Source: Planctomycetota bacterium
GTDB lineage: Bacteria > Planctomycetota > GCA-002687715 > DRQF01
Length of the DNA stretch: 20,222 nucleotides
Direction: 5' to 3'
Assembly: GCA_036479435.1 (NCBI GenBank)
Contig: JAZGFI010000295.1
Coordinates: 1 to 20,222 of the forward strand
The notes below the pieces were generated by a model. It searched no databases. It saw nothing but the letters and a program-made list of their open reading frames with translations, and was not told the DNA's origin. Made by a program: the position numbers and the translations under genes. Positions 8,549 to 18,572 of the stretch are shown one piece after another; the first letter of the stretch is position 1; each line of letters begins with the position of its first letter.

Positions 8549-10801
8549 TTACATTCCCAGCTCTTCCAACATCCAATCACGCGGCGGGGAGATGTGTTTG
8601 CCCCCAGGCGCAGGGTTTGACGACATCGACAAAATCAGTTGCCGCACTTTCTTTTTTCCCTTCGCTGTCTCCGATGCCTGTCGCGGTGTCTTTCCCGACA
8701 AAGCGGGCAGCGGGATGTCGATCCAGTTGCGGTAGTGTTCATCGATCGCCTGCTGCAAGATCTGGTTAACGACTTCGTCCGAAAGACCCTCATCAAGAGA
8801 TGGTAGGGCATCATCAAGCGGGACTTCATCCATGTCGATGGTCTTTGAATGCAAAAACCTCACTCCCGGCAAGCCGTCTAAGCAGTCTCGAATGGTGGCG
8901 CTGCGCTCAAGGGAATTGACTTCCACCAACCATTGGTCGCCGATGAACTCGATCTTGGCACCCGTTACCTTGCCATCGGGCCCCATGCTCTTCGCCTTGA
9001 GCAACCAATGTGCCATCTGATTGTCGTGGTCGTAGTCAATGTCGGCTCGCGCCGTCAAGGCTGCCGTGGCTGCCTTCGAATCCGTGACTTCATAGACCAA
9101 GCGGGTGGGGCAAAGGGGCTCGCCATGGAAGTTTTGAAGCTTCGGTGGGTGTGTCGCTTGGTAGCTCCGCTCCTCCTCAAGCCAATCCCAAGTTCTTCCC
9201 AGGCGCTCGGGGGCACTCGCCAAAACTTCTTCAAGGTCCTCATCTGAGAGTGTGAGACGATGCACGATGCTGTCGAGCATCATACCTCGGGTTGGAGGGC
9301 TCGCTACACAGATGAAGAAGTAGGGACCTGCCGAATAAATGCGGGCCGCAAATTGCATGTCGATTTCTGCCGCTAAAGAAAAGCTGCGGTCGTGCACGAG
9401 GTGGCGCTGGCCGTTGATGGTGTCGATCAATGTGATGGACTCGCCGGTTTCGACTTCCTCCACGCGATAAAAAGAATGGCCTGCCGTGCTGCGCGCTCGC
9501 AAGATGTCCATGGTGAACTTTGGAAAGGAGTCAGCTTTGCTCAGGACGACTTCGGCGATCGTCTTGGACTTCTTGGTTGGCCGAAATTGCATGAAGAGCC
9601 ATTCCCAAAACGCGATCAGTTCGAGGCTGATTTCGGTTGCATCTGCAATGCGCCCGCTGTTTCCAAAGTACTTACGTTCCGGTTTCTCAGTACTGCGTCG
9701 TGAGCGCCTTAGCTGTTCGAAGAGAAACTCGGTCACCATATTGTCGCGATCTCGCCACAGGTCGTAGTCGCTCAATCGCGGTTCCTTCGTCTCCATCTCT
9801 TCTGCAGTCGCCTCTGAGAGGCGAGCGATGGCTTCGATGACGACTTCGGTCAACGATTCCAACTTGGGGTCTGAAGGCGAAAACTCGGACTCGACTCCTC
9901 GTTCTTTGAGAACAGGGGCCATCAACGCAAAGGCCCTTTGGCTGGTAAACAAGATGCTTTTCGGCAAGCCTCGCCATCCGACGTCGTTCTCGCCATTCAT
10001 CACCGCAATGACGAAGTTGGCGATCTCCGCCGGTGCGTTGGGAGCAACTAGCCCCGTTTTTTTGGCCTCTTCACCGAAACGATCGGCGACCATGACACAG
10101 TAGCGGTGAGAGTCATCGTCTCCGATCGGGATCGGAATAGGGAGAGTGCCAGCGACCCACTGACCATCTTGCAGCGAAAGATCGTCCTCAATTTCATCAA
10201 GCTCCGTCTCAGGCTGGTCGCCATCAGAGGCCTCAGCCTGGGATACCACCCTGATCGACGGTTTTACGATCGGTTCGAAGGCGTTGCCCTCGAGTTTGAA
10301 ACTCAGGATGCGTCCGTCTCGAATATCAAAGGGCTTGAGCTGGCCTTTGTCGTCCGCCTCAAGTAGGCCGTTGATCGCAAATAACAAGGCCCGTTGATCA
10401 GCTCTTTTGGGGCCTCGTGACCATTTACCAGGCAGTTTAGAGACGAACCAAGGGGCTAAGGTTTCTCGCCGCCCCTTGAACCTAGCCTGATCCAAAATCG
10501 GCCGGCACTCTTTTGGAATCTCCGACAGCGCGCAAACCGAAAACCCTATCTGGTCGATCTCGTCGATGACGTCTTCGCCATCAATGAGGCGTATGAATAG
10601 CGAGGCGGCGTTGGGACCTCTGAAGAAAGTGAGACCGTACTCTTCGGCCCCTTGCCCCATGATCGATCCAATCATGAGATCCGAACCGTCTGGCAGCATC
10701 ACGCCCAGCATCTCTTCCGGTTCGATCCGCAGCCAAAGCCGCCGTCGATAAAACTCCATCGCTCGTTCAACCAGTGCTTCGCAAAGACGATCCCGTTTCA
10801 A
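8549..10801 (-). CDS. Uncharacterised 750-aa multidomain protein, paralogue 1; C-terminus resembles the Xre/MbcA/ParS toxin-binding (DUF2384-like) domain
   Basis: Long ORF with TTG start and AGGAG RBS; C-terminal HYRNWIDIPLPALSGKTPRQA...GKKKVRQLI; collinear over its full length with 11057..13318. Confidence 0.8.
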   Translation of the reverse strand: MKRDRLCEALVERAMEFYRRRLWLRIEPEEMLGVMLPDGSDLMIGSIMGQGAEEYGLTFFRGPNAASLFIRLIDGEDVIDEIDQIGFSVCALSEIPKECRPILDQARFKGRRETLAPWFVSKLPGKWSRGPKRADQRALLFAINGLLEADDKGQLKPFDIRDGRILSFKLEGNAFEPIVKPSIRVVSQAEASDGDQPETELDEIEDDLSLQDGQWVAGTLPIPIPIGDDDSHRYCVMVADRFGEEAKKTGLVAPNAPAEIANFVIAVMNGENDVGWRGLPKSILFTSQRAFALMAPVLKERGVESEFSPSDPKLESLTEVVIEAIARLSEATAEEMETKEPRLSDYDLWRDRDNMVTEFLFEQLRRSRRSTEKPERKYFGNSGRIADATEISLELIAFWEWLFMQFRPTKKSKTIAEVVLSKADSFPKFTMDILRARSTAGHSFYRVEEVETGESITLIDTINGQRHLVHDRSFSLAAEIDMQFAARIYSAGPYFFICVASPPTRGMMLDSIVHRLTLSDEDLEEVLASAPERLGRTWDWLEEERSYQATHPPKLQNFHGEPLCPTRLVYEVTDSKAATAALTARADIDYDHDNQMAHWLLKAKSMGPDGKVTGAKIEFIGDQWLVEVNSLERSATIRDCLDGLPGVRFLHSKTIDMDEVPLDDALPSLDEGLSDEVVNQILQQAIDEHYRNWIDIPLPALSGKTPRQASETAKGKKKVRQLILSMSSNPAPGGKHISPPRDWMLEELGM

Positions 10802-11056
10802 AGCAAACTCCTAATCCAAGTCCCAAGACTACCGTGGGTTCAGGATCTTACCCGATGACAAAGGAAAGCCCTTCCTCGCCGATCGAGAATCAGCGAATGA
10901 GACGAACGGATCTGTATTCGGGTCCTCCTGGTGGATTTGATCGCGGAATTTATTTCGAAGCCTGGACTCAGAGCCTCCGAATCAGGATGCACCACCGTCG
11001 ACGATGACCGCGACACTGCGTTTCACGGAATCGTGGTGTCCTAGGCGGGAGGAAGC

Positions 11057-13318
11057 TTAGATCCCCAGCTCTTCGAGCATCCATTCACGCGGCGGGGAGA
11101 TCTTTTGGCCTCCCGGCGCGGGCAGTGAGGATATGGACAAGATGAGCTGCCGAACTTTTCGTTGCCCATGCTGTGTACTCGCCGCTTGCCGTGGGGTCTT
11201 CCCCGCCAAGCCGGGCAGGGGGCAATCGATCCAACTGCGATAGTGCTCGTCCATGATCTTCTGCAAGAGTTCGGTAACTTCTGGGCCCTGAAGGTTCTCA
11301 CCAACAAATGGCAGGGAATCATCGAGGGGGCGTTCGTCCAAGTCTATGTTTATGTCAATGGTTTTGGAGTTTAGAAAGCTCAGGCCCGGCAGGTCGTCCA
11401 GCCATTCTCGGACGGCTAAGCCGCGCTCTATGGATGTGATTTTGACCAGCAACTCGTCGCCGATGAATTGGAGACTTGTGCCCAAGGCGTGGGCAATGGG
11501 GCCCCCATTCTCGGCGTCTCCTAAAAAAAGTGCCGTTTGACGTTCGGGATCGAACTCGATGTCAGGCCGTTCCGTCAAGGCCTCAATGGCCGTCTTGGCA
11601 TCCCTGACTTCGTAACTCAACAGAGTCGGGCAATAGGGCTCGCCATGAGAGTTAAGCATCGCGGGCGGGTGTGAAGCTTCATCAGCATGATCTTCGATGA
11701 GCCAATCGATGACTCTTCCGAGGCGCTCGGGAGTTTCCCTAAGCACATCCTCCAAGATTATGTTTGAAGGCACCAGGCGATCCACGATCTTGTGATGCTG
11801 CACGACGTCGACCGGGGGGCTCGCCAACCACAAAAATGTGTAAGGCCCCACGGAATAGACGCGTGCGGCGAACAGCATGTCGATATCCACTGTCAAGGAG
11901 AGGTTTCGATCGTGGACGACATGGTGTTTGCCATCAATCGTGTCGATCAAAGTGATGGTCTCACCAACTTCGACTTCGTCCACGCGATAAAACGAAAGGT
12001 CGGCGTCGATGCGTGCCTGCAAGATGTCCATCGTGAATTCAGATTCGAAGTTCGCCCGGTTCAAGGTGAGTTCTGCGATCGTTTTTGACTTTGCGTCGGG
12101 CCGATAGCTGAAAAAGACCCACTCCAAAAAAGCAGTCTCAGCGAGACTATGTTCCTCCCCGTCGGTTACCTGTCCCTTGGAACCGAAGTACTTTTTCTCC
12201 GCCTTCTTAAGGTCTCTCCGCGAGCGTTTCATCTGGTCGTAAAGAGCATCGCTAACGTCACGATCGCGATCACGCCACAACTCGCATTCGCTCAGTTCAG
12301 GCTCGGAGTCTTGGCTCTCAACTTCTGCGGTCAGGTCGATCTCTTCCAAGATGCTCTTGGACATCTTCTCCAACTTGGGGTCCGAGGGTGAAAACCTCGA
12401 CTTCACGCCCCGTTTCGTCAACAGAGACTCCAAAAGCGCAAAGGTCTTTTGGTTTGTGAACACAACGCTCTGCGGGAGACCTCGCCAGTTCCCCAGGTTT
12501 TCACCATTCATGGTCGCAATAACCAAGTTGGCGAATTTCACCGGGGCGTTACCGGGGATGAAGTCCACGTTGATGGCTTGGGCGCCCGAGCGATCGATGA
12601 TGACGGCTCCGTAGCAGGAAGTCCCATCTTTTCCGGCCGATAGGGGAGTGGGAAGCAAACCAACGACCCAGTCGCCGTCTCGGCGCGGCAGATCCGCCGC
12701 CAAACAATCAAGCTGTGCTTCAAAGTCGCTTAAACAAAAGGCCTCAACCTTCGGCAGCTTTCGAACCGCGGGCTTGAGGATCGGTTCCAACATGCTGCCT
12801 TCGAGTTCAAAACTCAGGATGCGCCCGTCTCGAACGCTGAAGGGCCGAAGCTGCCCCTTATCATCCGCTTCAAGAACCGCATTGAGGGCAAACAACAGCG
12901 TTTGTTGCTCGCTTTTTTTAAGGTCCCGCGGCCACTTACCCGGCTTTTTCACCATGAACCAGGGAGCTAGCGTCTCGCGCCTTCCCTTGAAACGGGCTCG
13001 GTCCAAAGTCTCTCGAAACTCCATCGGGATCTCGTTCAAGGCCCAAATCGAAAACACCAACTCATCGACCTCTTCGACGACATCCTCGCCATCGGTGACC
13101 TTCAGCATCAGCGATGCGGCGTCCTTGCCGCGATAAAAGGCCAAGCCATACTCATCGCTCTCGCTTCCCATGATCGAAGCGATCATCAACTCCGAGTCAG
13201 GTTTCCCCGGCAACAAGATGCCCACCGCCTCCTCCGCGCGAATGCGCAGCCAAAGCCGCCGCCGATAAAACTCCATCGCTCGCTCAAACAGCATTTCGCA
13301 AAGACGATCCCGTTTCAA
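11057..13318 (-). CDS. Uncharacterised 753-aa multidomain protein, paralogue 2
   Basis: TTG start with AGGAG RBS. Shares MKRDRLCE, ARFKGRRETLAPWF, WRGLP, SFYRV, PLPxLxGKTPRQA and SPPRxWMLEELG with paralogue 1. Confidence 0.8.
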   Translation of the reverse strand: MKRDRLCEMLFERAMEFYRRRLWLRIRAEEAVGILLPGKPDSELMIASIMGSESDEYGLAFYRGKDAASLMLKVTDGEDVVEEVDELVFSIWALNEIPMEFRETLDRARFKGRRETLAPWFMVKKPGKWPRDLKKSEQQTLLFALNAVLEADDKGQLRPFSVRDGRILSFELEGSMLEPILKPAVRKLPKVEAFCLSDFEAQLDCLAADLPRRDGDWVVGLLPTPLSAGKDGTSCYGAVIIDRSGAQAINVDFIPGNAPVKFANLVIATMNGENLGNWRGLPQSVVFTNQKTFALLESLLTKRGVKSRFSPSDPKLEKMSKSILEEIDLTAEVESQDSEPELSECELWRDRDRDVSDALYDQMKRSRRDLKKAEKKYFGSKGQVTDGEEHSLAETAFLEWVFFSYRPDAKSKTIAELTLNRANFESEFTMDILQARIDADLSFYRVDEVEVGETITLIDTIDGKHHVVHDRNLSLTVDIDMLFAARVYSVGPYTFLWLASPPVDVVQHHKIVDRLVPSNIILEDVLRETPERLGRVIDWLIEDHADEASHPPAMLNSHGEPYCPTLLSYEVRDAKTAIEALTERPDIEFDPERQTALFLGDAENGGPIAHALGTSLQFIGDELLVKITSIERGLAVREWLDDLPGLSFLNSKTIDINIDLDERPLDDSLPFVGENLQGPEVTELLQKIMDEHYRSWIDCPLPGLAGKTPRQAASTQHGQRKVRQLILSISSLPAPGGQKISPPREWMLEELGI

Positions 13319-13695
13319 ATCACGCTCCTAACGTCAGATTCGAAGCTGCCTCGAATCCGACACGCTGCCCAAATTGACAGCAAGGCAGGATTGGCTGAGG
13401 CAACTTGTCGTTTTGACTGCGGGCGATCCCTCGAACGGAGAGCCCTCAGCCCCTTAGACGTAGAGAAACACAAGCCGGTACTGTTCTGTTGCTTTTTTCT
13501 CGGTGGCCCACCCTAGTCCGCGAGCCTTCTTTGCATCCGCATGGCGGTTTGCTTATCCGATGTTGGGCCACGACAACTCCTTCCGTTGAGGGCGGAAGCC
13601 TCCACCTATTCGACGTGATAAGACGAATTTTCTGCGGCGCTCCATGTTCGTAAAGTGTCGATCTCAATTTCCGAATGAGAGCCCGCTTTGATTAA

Positions 13696-14823
13696 GGCGA
13701 TCGTCTTCGACTTCTTAGGGGGGTGCCGAAAGAAAAAGAACCATCTCCAAGGGTGCGATCACTTCGAAAGTTGTTCCTCGGCCGCCACTTAATCGTCCAA
13801 GCCTAGGTTTTCGGCTTCGGCGTTTTTTTCAGCATCACTTGAGCCCCTTGCAAGTACTTTGGCGATGGTCTCGGCCATGAAATCCAGTTTCGGATTGGTG
13901 GCCGCGTATTCGGAATCGACGTCTCGCTCGGCCAAGATGGCCTCCATGAGTTTCCATGCTCTGAGGCTTGTGAACAAAACGCTCTGCGGCAGACCCCGCC
14001 AGCCTTCGGCGTTGTTGCCATTCATGGTGGCGATGACGAAGTTGGCGATCTCAACCGGTGCATTGGCGGGGATAAGATTTGTATTGACGGCTCTCTTTTC
14101 ATGTCGAGCCGCTACCACGACGCAATAGCGCTCGCTCCCTTCTCCGCCGACGGGGAAGGGCATCGATAGTAACCCAACCACCCAATGACCATCTTGCAGC
14201 GGAAGGTCCTCATCCAACTAATAAAGTTCGGACGGGTCATCCTCGAACTCAAGGTCCTCAGCTTTCAGTACGCTCCGGATCGATGGCTTTACGATCGGTT
14301 CAAACGCGCTCCCTTCGAGTTCAAAACTCAAGATACGCCCGTCTCGAATATCGACCGGATTGAGCTGATCTTTGTCGTCCGCCAAAAGGATGCCATTGAG
14401 GGCAAACAAGAGCGCTCGTTGTTCCTTTCGGTTGGGTCCGCGTGACCGAATGCCGGGCTTTTTAGAGATAAACCAAGGCGCCAATGTTTCGCGCCGACCC
14501 TTGAAACGGGCTTGGTCCAAGACATGCCGATACTCTGGCGGTATCCTCGACAAGGGGCCAACAGAAAACCCCAATTGATCGACGACATCCTCCGTCTGGT
14601 CGCCATCGATGGCTCTAAAGATGATTGAGGCGGCGTTGACTCCCCTAAAAAAGGACAGTCCATGTTCGCGGCCTTGTCCCATGACCGAACCAATCATGAG
14701 CTCTGGACTATCCGGGGACACGATGCCGATGTTGTCTTCCGCGGCAATCCGAAGCCAAAACCGACGCCGATGAAACTCGAGGGCCCGGTCAACCAGTGCT
14801 TCGCATAGACGATTCCGTTTCAA
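13696..14823 (-). pseudogene. Decayed third paralogue of the ~750-aa family
   Basis: 14218..14823 and 13789..14217 are one frame split by TAG (ELY*LDEDL versus ELDEIEDDL in paralogue 1), ending at a TAA at 13789. Frameshifted homologous remnants continue beyond it (EVIAPLE/WFFFFRHPPKKSKTIA versus ELIAFWEWLFMQFRPTKKSKTIA) to about 13696. The C-terminal ~45% is missing. Confidence 0.85.
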
Positions 14824-15136
14824 ACTAGACCCTCCCTTATTTCAAGGTCAACGACAGTCCACACCCCGCATCTTCTGCTGACCGGAAGTCCAGTCTCCTA
14901 TCACCAACAATGATGTCTATGTTGGCCAGGAAGCCGATTTGAGCTGGGCCCCATCATGCCAAATCCTGAGGGCGCCAACCGGAGTTGCATCCCCAACCCG
15001 AATCTGGCTCGCAAAGGGGCTTTTGGAGCGCTGATTTTTCCTGAGTGTGGAAAACAAGACGGATTGCCATCGAGTCCTGCGACCGTCCCTGTGATTCGCT
15101 ACCCTTCCAGGCCCGACTCCCTTTTGGCAACTAATC

Positions 15137-18100
15137 ATGTCCCTCACCCAAAAGTACCGCCGCCATTTCAGCGTCTTAGACCAAAGGGAAGGCGAAGACT
15201 ACTTCCGTCAGGGCCGCGTTGAGTCCGTTCAGCGTGACAACGGAAACATCTGGGCGCAGGTTCGAGGCAAAAAGGAGAGCTACTCCGTTTTTTGGGAACA
15301 GCAGGGAGACTACTTTTGCACTTGCCGTACCTACTACCGCCTTCGCATTTGTAAGCACCTTTGGGCCTTACTGTGCCAAGCAGATGCCGACGACAAGTCT
15401 GGTCCAGATGCGAATTCGTCTTGGCGTTTTGCCTTGAAGCGACTCGGGTGGTCGGAAGAGACCGAATCAGAAGCCGATAGCGCAGAACACGCTATTTCCT
15501 ACGCATTGTCTTGGCCCGCGAACGCCCTGGAGGGCAATGTGTATCTTCAGGTCTTGACCAGAAAACGGCTGAAGAGCGGGCGCTGGGGCGCAACGAAGTT
15601 CGTACAAGCGGAGCGCCTGGAGTCCCTTGCCGAAGAAGACCTTGAGATCGTCTCCTGGCTCCAAGGAGCGCGGCGGCGCGAAGCATCAGACTTCATGGAC
15701 TACGGCCGCCATTACGACCGCTACTCCCCGGGCCTTGACCTCGTGCTGCCGGATCACGCCTTGGCCGCTTTACTTCCTGTGCTTTGCAAAACCGGGCGTT
15801 TCCATATCGGATCCAAAGAATTTATGGAAGACGAGGTCCTCAAGCTGGACGAGGATGGTGTTTGGATCGCGGAGCCAAAGTTGGAGGGGGAAAAGCGCCT
15901 GGTCTTGGACGTCGATTTCGTACGTGGCGACTCCATCATCAAGAGTTCCGAAATACTGGAAGTCTTAGCCGGAGGGTGGATTCTGACCGATCGCACCTTT
16001 CGCCGTTTCGGCCCCGAACAAGCGATGGATTGGCTTGCGTGGCTCGAGGAGCATCCGGTCATCATCGACAAAAAAGATGTCGATGAGTTTTTTGCTGCGG
16101 CCCAAGATTCCACGCTCGGCGCCGCACTTCAACCGCCAGAGGGATGGGAAACAGCAACTGTCGCGGCGAAGGACATCCAACCGGTCTTGGTGCTTTCGGC
16201 GGGTCGCGTCGGCCGGGTGATCGCTCGACTTGACTTTGACTACGGTGACCTGCGAGTTGCTGCAGATCAAGCGTCACAGTGGGCGGACCCCAAAGAGCGG
16301 CTCGTTTTTTCACGACAAGAAGACACAGAGGCACCCTTTAGAAGTCAGCTTCTCAAGGTGTTGAGTCCCGAGCCCAAGGCTCAACTTCCCTTTGAACTAT
16401 CGACCTCAGAAGTCTCATCGCTCGTCACCACGATGCGGGCAGAAGGCTGGGCTACCGAGGCGAACGGAAAACCGATTCGGACCTCAACGGGTAGCTCGGC
16501 TACAGTCCGTTCGACGATTGATTGGTTTGACCTCAAGGGCGGTATTCAGTTCGGCGACGAGTTCGTCAGTTTTCCTCGAATCCTCACAACCTTGCGGCGC
16601 GGCGAAAGCCAGATCGTCTTGGATGATGGCAGTCGCGGCATTTTGCCCGAAGAATGGATGCGCCGGCGGGGGCTTTTGGAATCTGCTGAAGTCGAAGGCG
16701 ACTCACTCCGGTTTCGCCAAAGCCAATGCTTGCTCTTGGACATGCTGCTTGAGTCCGAGCCTCAGCCCGATATCGACGCGCAGTTTCGGCGCATTCGAAA
16801 GGCCCTCAAGAATTTCAAGAGTCCCCAGCCGGTCACTGAGCCCCGTGGCTTCCAGGGCGAATTGCGCGCTTATCAGCGCGAAGGATTGGGCTGGATTAAG
16901 TTCTTGGAGAAGTTCGGGTTTGGCGGTTGTCTCGCGGACGACATGGGCCTCGGCAAGACCGTGCAGGTTTTGGCCTATCTCCAATCCAAAAAAGCTAAGC
17001 GAGGACCCAAGGCTGCGACCTTGGTGGTCGCGCCGCGATCAGTGGTTCCGAACTGGATCAACGAGGCCAACAAATTTGCGCCGAACCTTAAGGTCTTGGA
17101 CTACAGCGGCAGTGACCGCAAGAATCTCGTTGCTGAGTTTTCAAACCACGACCTGGTCATCACGACCTATGGTTTGATGCGCCGGGATATCGAAGTACTT
17201 AGAGAACAGGAATTCGGCTGCCTCATCCTCGACGAATCCCAGGCGATCAAAAACGCCAAATCTCAAACCGCCAAGGCCGCGCGCTTGCTTCGCGGCCGCC
17301 AAAAGCTTGCACTAAGCGGCACGCCGATCGAAAACCACATCGACGAGCTTTGGTCCTTGTTTGAGTTTCTCAACCCGGGAATGTTCGGGGCCACCAAGGT
17401 CTTGCAAGAGCTTGCCCAACAAGGCGAGGATGGTCGCCGTCAGTTAGCTGAAGCCTTGACGCCGTTCATCCTCAGGCGCAAAAAAGACGAAGTCGCCAAA
17501 GACCTCCCAACACGCAGCGAGCAGACTTTGATTTGCGTCCTGCCAAAGGACCAACGCAAGGTCTACGACGGTCTTTTGCAACACTACCGAGCGAGCTTGA
17601 GCAAAAAGATCGAAGCTGAGGGCTTGGGGCGTTCCAAGATGCATGTGTTGGAGGCCCTGACGCGTCTTCGACAAGCCGCCTGTCATCCCGCTTTGATTGA
17701 CGCCACTTCGAATGTGGCCTCAGCCAAAGTAGATCTGTTGATGGAACGTCTTGAAGAAGTCGTGGGCGAAGGCCACAAGGCCTTGGTCTTTTCGCAGTTC
17801 ACCAAGTTCTTGGCCATCGTGCGTAAGCGCTTAGACCAAGCCAATATCACTCACGAGTACCTCGACGGCAAAACTCGAAAGCGCGAACAAAAAGTCGAAC
17901 GTTTCCAAACCGACCCCGACTGCCCGCTATTTCTCATTTCTCTAAAAGCTGGCGGCACGGGCCTCAACCTCACGGCTGCGGACTATGTCTTCTTGTTGGA
18001 TCCTTGGTGGAACCCCGCCGTCGAGGCCCAAGCCATCGATCGCGCCCACCGCATCGGCCAAACTCGAAACGTCTTCGCCTATCGCCTCATCGCCAAGGAC

Positions 18101-18226
18101 ACGATCGAAGAGAAGATCCTCGCCCTTCAAGGCCAAAAACGAGACCTCGCCGAGTCCATCCTCAGCGGCGGCTCCAAGACCTTACGCGACCTGACTCGCG
18201 AGGATTTGGAGATGCTCTTAGCTTGA
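15137..18226 (+). CDS. SNF2/SWI2-family helicase/ATPase with an N-terminal SWIM zinc finger
   Basis: SWIM motif CTC-x8-CKH; helicase motifs LRAYQREG, LADDMGLGKT, ILDESQ, LSGTPIEN, LVFSQF, SLKAGGTGLNL, DPWWNP and QAIDRAHRIGQ. Confidence 0.95.
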   Translation: MSLTQKYRRHFSVLDQREGEDYFRQGRVESVQRDNGNIWAQVRGKKESYSVFWEQQGDYFCTCRTYYRLRICKHLWALLCQADADDKSGPDANSSWRFALKRLGWSEETESEADSAEHAISYALSWPANALEGNVYLQVLTRKRLKSGRWGATKFVQAERLESLAEEDLEIVSWLQGARRREASDFMDYGRHYDRYSPGLDLVLPDHALAALLPVLCKTGRFHIGSKEFMEDEVLKLDEDGVWIAEPKLEGEKRLVLDVDFVRGDSIIKSSEILEVLAGGWILTDRTFRRFGPEQAMDWLAWLEEHPVIIDKKDVDEFFAAAQDSTLGAALQPPEGWETATVAAKDIQPVLVLSAGRVGRVIARLDFDYGDLRVAADQASQWADPKERLVFSRQEDTEAPFRSQLLKVLSPEPKAQLPFELSTSEVSSLVTTMRAEGWATEANGKPIRTSTGSSATVRSTIDWFDLKGGIQFGDEFVSFPRILTTLRRGESQIVLDDGSRGILPEEWMRRRGLLESAEVEGDSLRFRQSQCLLLDMLLESEPQPDIDAQFRRIRKALKNFKSPQPVTEPRGFQGELRAYQREGLGWIKFLEKFGFGGCLADDMGLGKTVQVLAYLQSKKAKRGPKAATLVVAPRSVVPNWINEANKFAPNLKVLDYSGSDRKNLVAEFSNHDLVITTYGLMRRDIEVLREQEFGCLILDESQAIKNAKSQTAKAARLLRGRQKLALSGTPIENHIDELWSLFEFLNPGMFGATKVLQELAQQGEDGRRQLAEALTPFILRRKKDEVAKDLPTRSEQTLICVLPKDQRKVYDGLLQHYRASLSKKIEAEGLGRSKMHVLEALTRLRQAACHPALIDATSNVASAKVDLLMERLEEVVGEGHKALVFSQFTKFLAIVRKRLDQANITHEYLDGKTRKREQKVERFQTDPDCPLFLISLKAGGTGLNLTAADYVFLLDPWWNPAVEAQAIDRAHRIGQTRNVFAYRLIAKDTIEEKILALQGQKRDLAESILSGGSKTLRDLTREDLEMLLA

Positions 18227-18227
18227 A

Positions 18228-18249
18228 GTTTCGGCCCGCGGGCCGAAAC
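18228..18249. terminator. Perfect 22-bp palindrome directly after the SNF2 stop, between convergent genes
   Basis: gtttcggcccg followed by its reverse complement cgggccgaaac; no strong U-tract. Confidence 0.5.
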
Positions 18250-18326
18250 CGCCAAAGCCCCAAGATGCACGACGCCAGCCTTCACTAATCACCGACGTCG
18301 AGCCGGTTTTCGACGCGGGCTTTGAC

Positions 18327-18572
18327 TTAGAACACCAGCAAACCGTGAGACGAAGTCTCTTGGCCATTGGACACGGTGACTTGAGCTATACCCTTGAAAG
18401 ATGCTGGCAGACGAATGCAAAGCGCAGAGATTCCGCCCGGTTTGACCGTCCCCTTGACGCTGATGGTGGTGCCACCCAATTCAATCGTTGCAGTCACTGG
18501 ACGACCGGAGCCGCTGGCCGTTATCGAGAGTTTCGAGCCTCTCGGAGCAGATGATGTGAGTGTGACATTCAT
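18327..18572 (-). CDS. Small hypothetical beta-strand-rich protein (81 aa)
   Basis: Its ATG overlaps the upstream stop (TGATG), indicating translational coupling. Alternating hydrophobic/polar pattern suggests an Ig-like beta-sandwich. Confidence 0.6.
   Translation of the reverse strand: MNVTLTSSAPRGSKLSITASGSGRPVTATIELGGTTISVKGTVKPGGISALCIRLPASFKGIAQVTVSNGQETSSHGLLVF

Noticed and set aside
14218..14220. In-frame TAG in paralogue 3 as pyrrolysine or programmed readthrough
   Set aside because: It aligns with a Glu codon region in paralogue 1 (one substitution from GAG), and the same gene carries a further stop, a deletion and frameshifts, consistent with ordinary decay.
16392..17177. 261-aa alternative-frame ORF inside the SNF2 gene
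   Set aside because: Ser/Arg-rich off-frame composition, wholly nested in a conserved gene.
18224..18249. SNF2 TGA plus adjacent hairpin as a second Sec site
   Set aside because: The protein is complete at a typical SNF2 C-terminus, the hairpin starts almost immediately after the stop rather than at SECIS spacing, and there is no Cys context.
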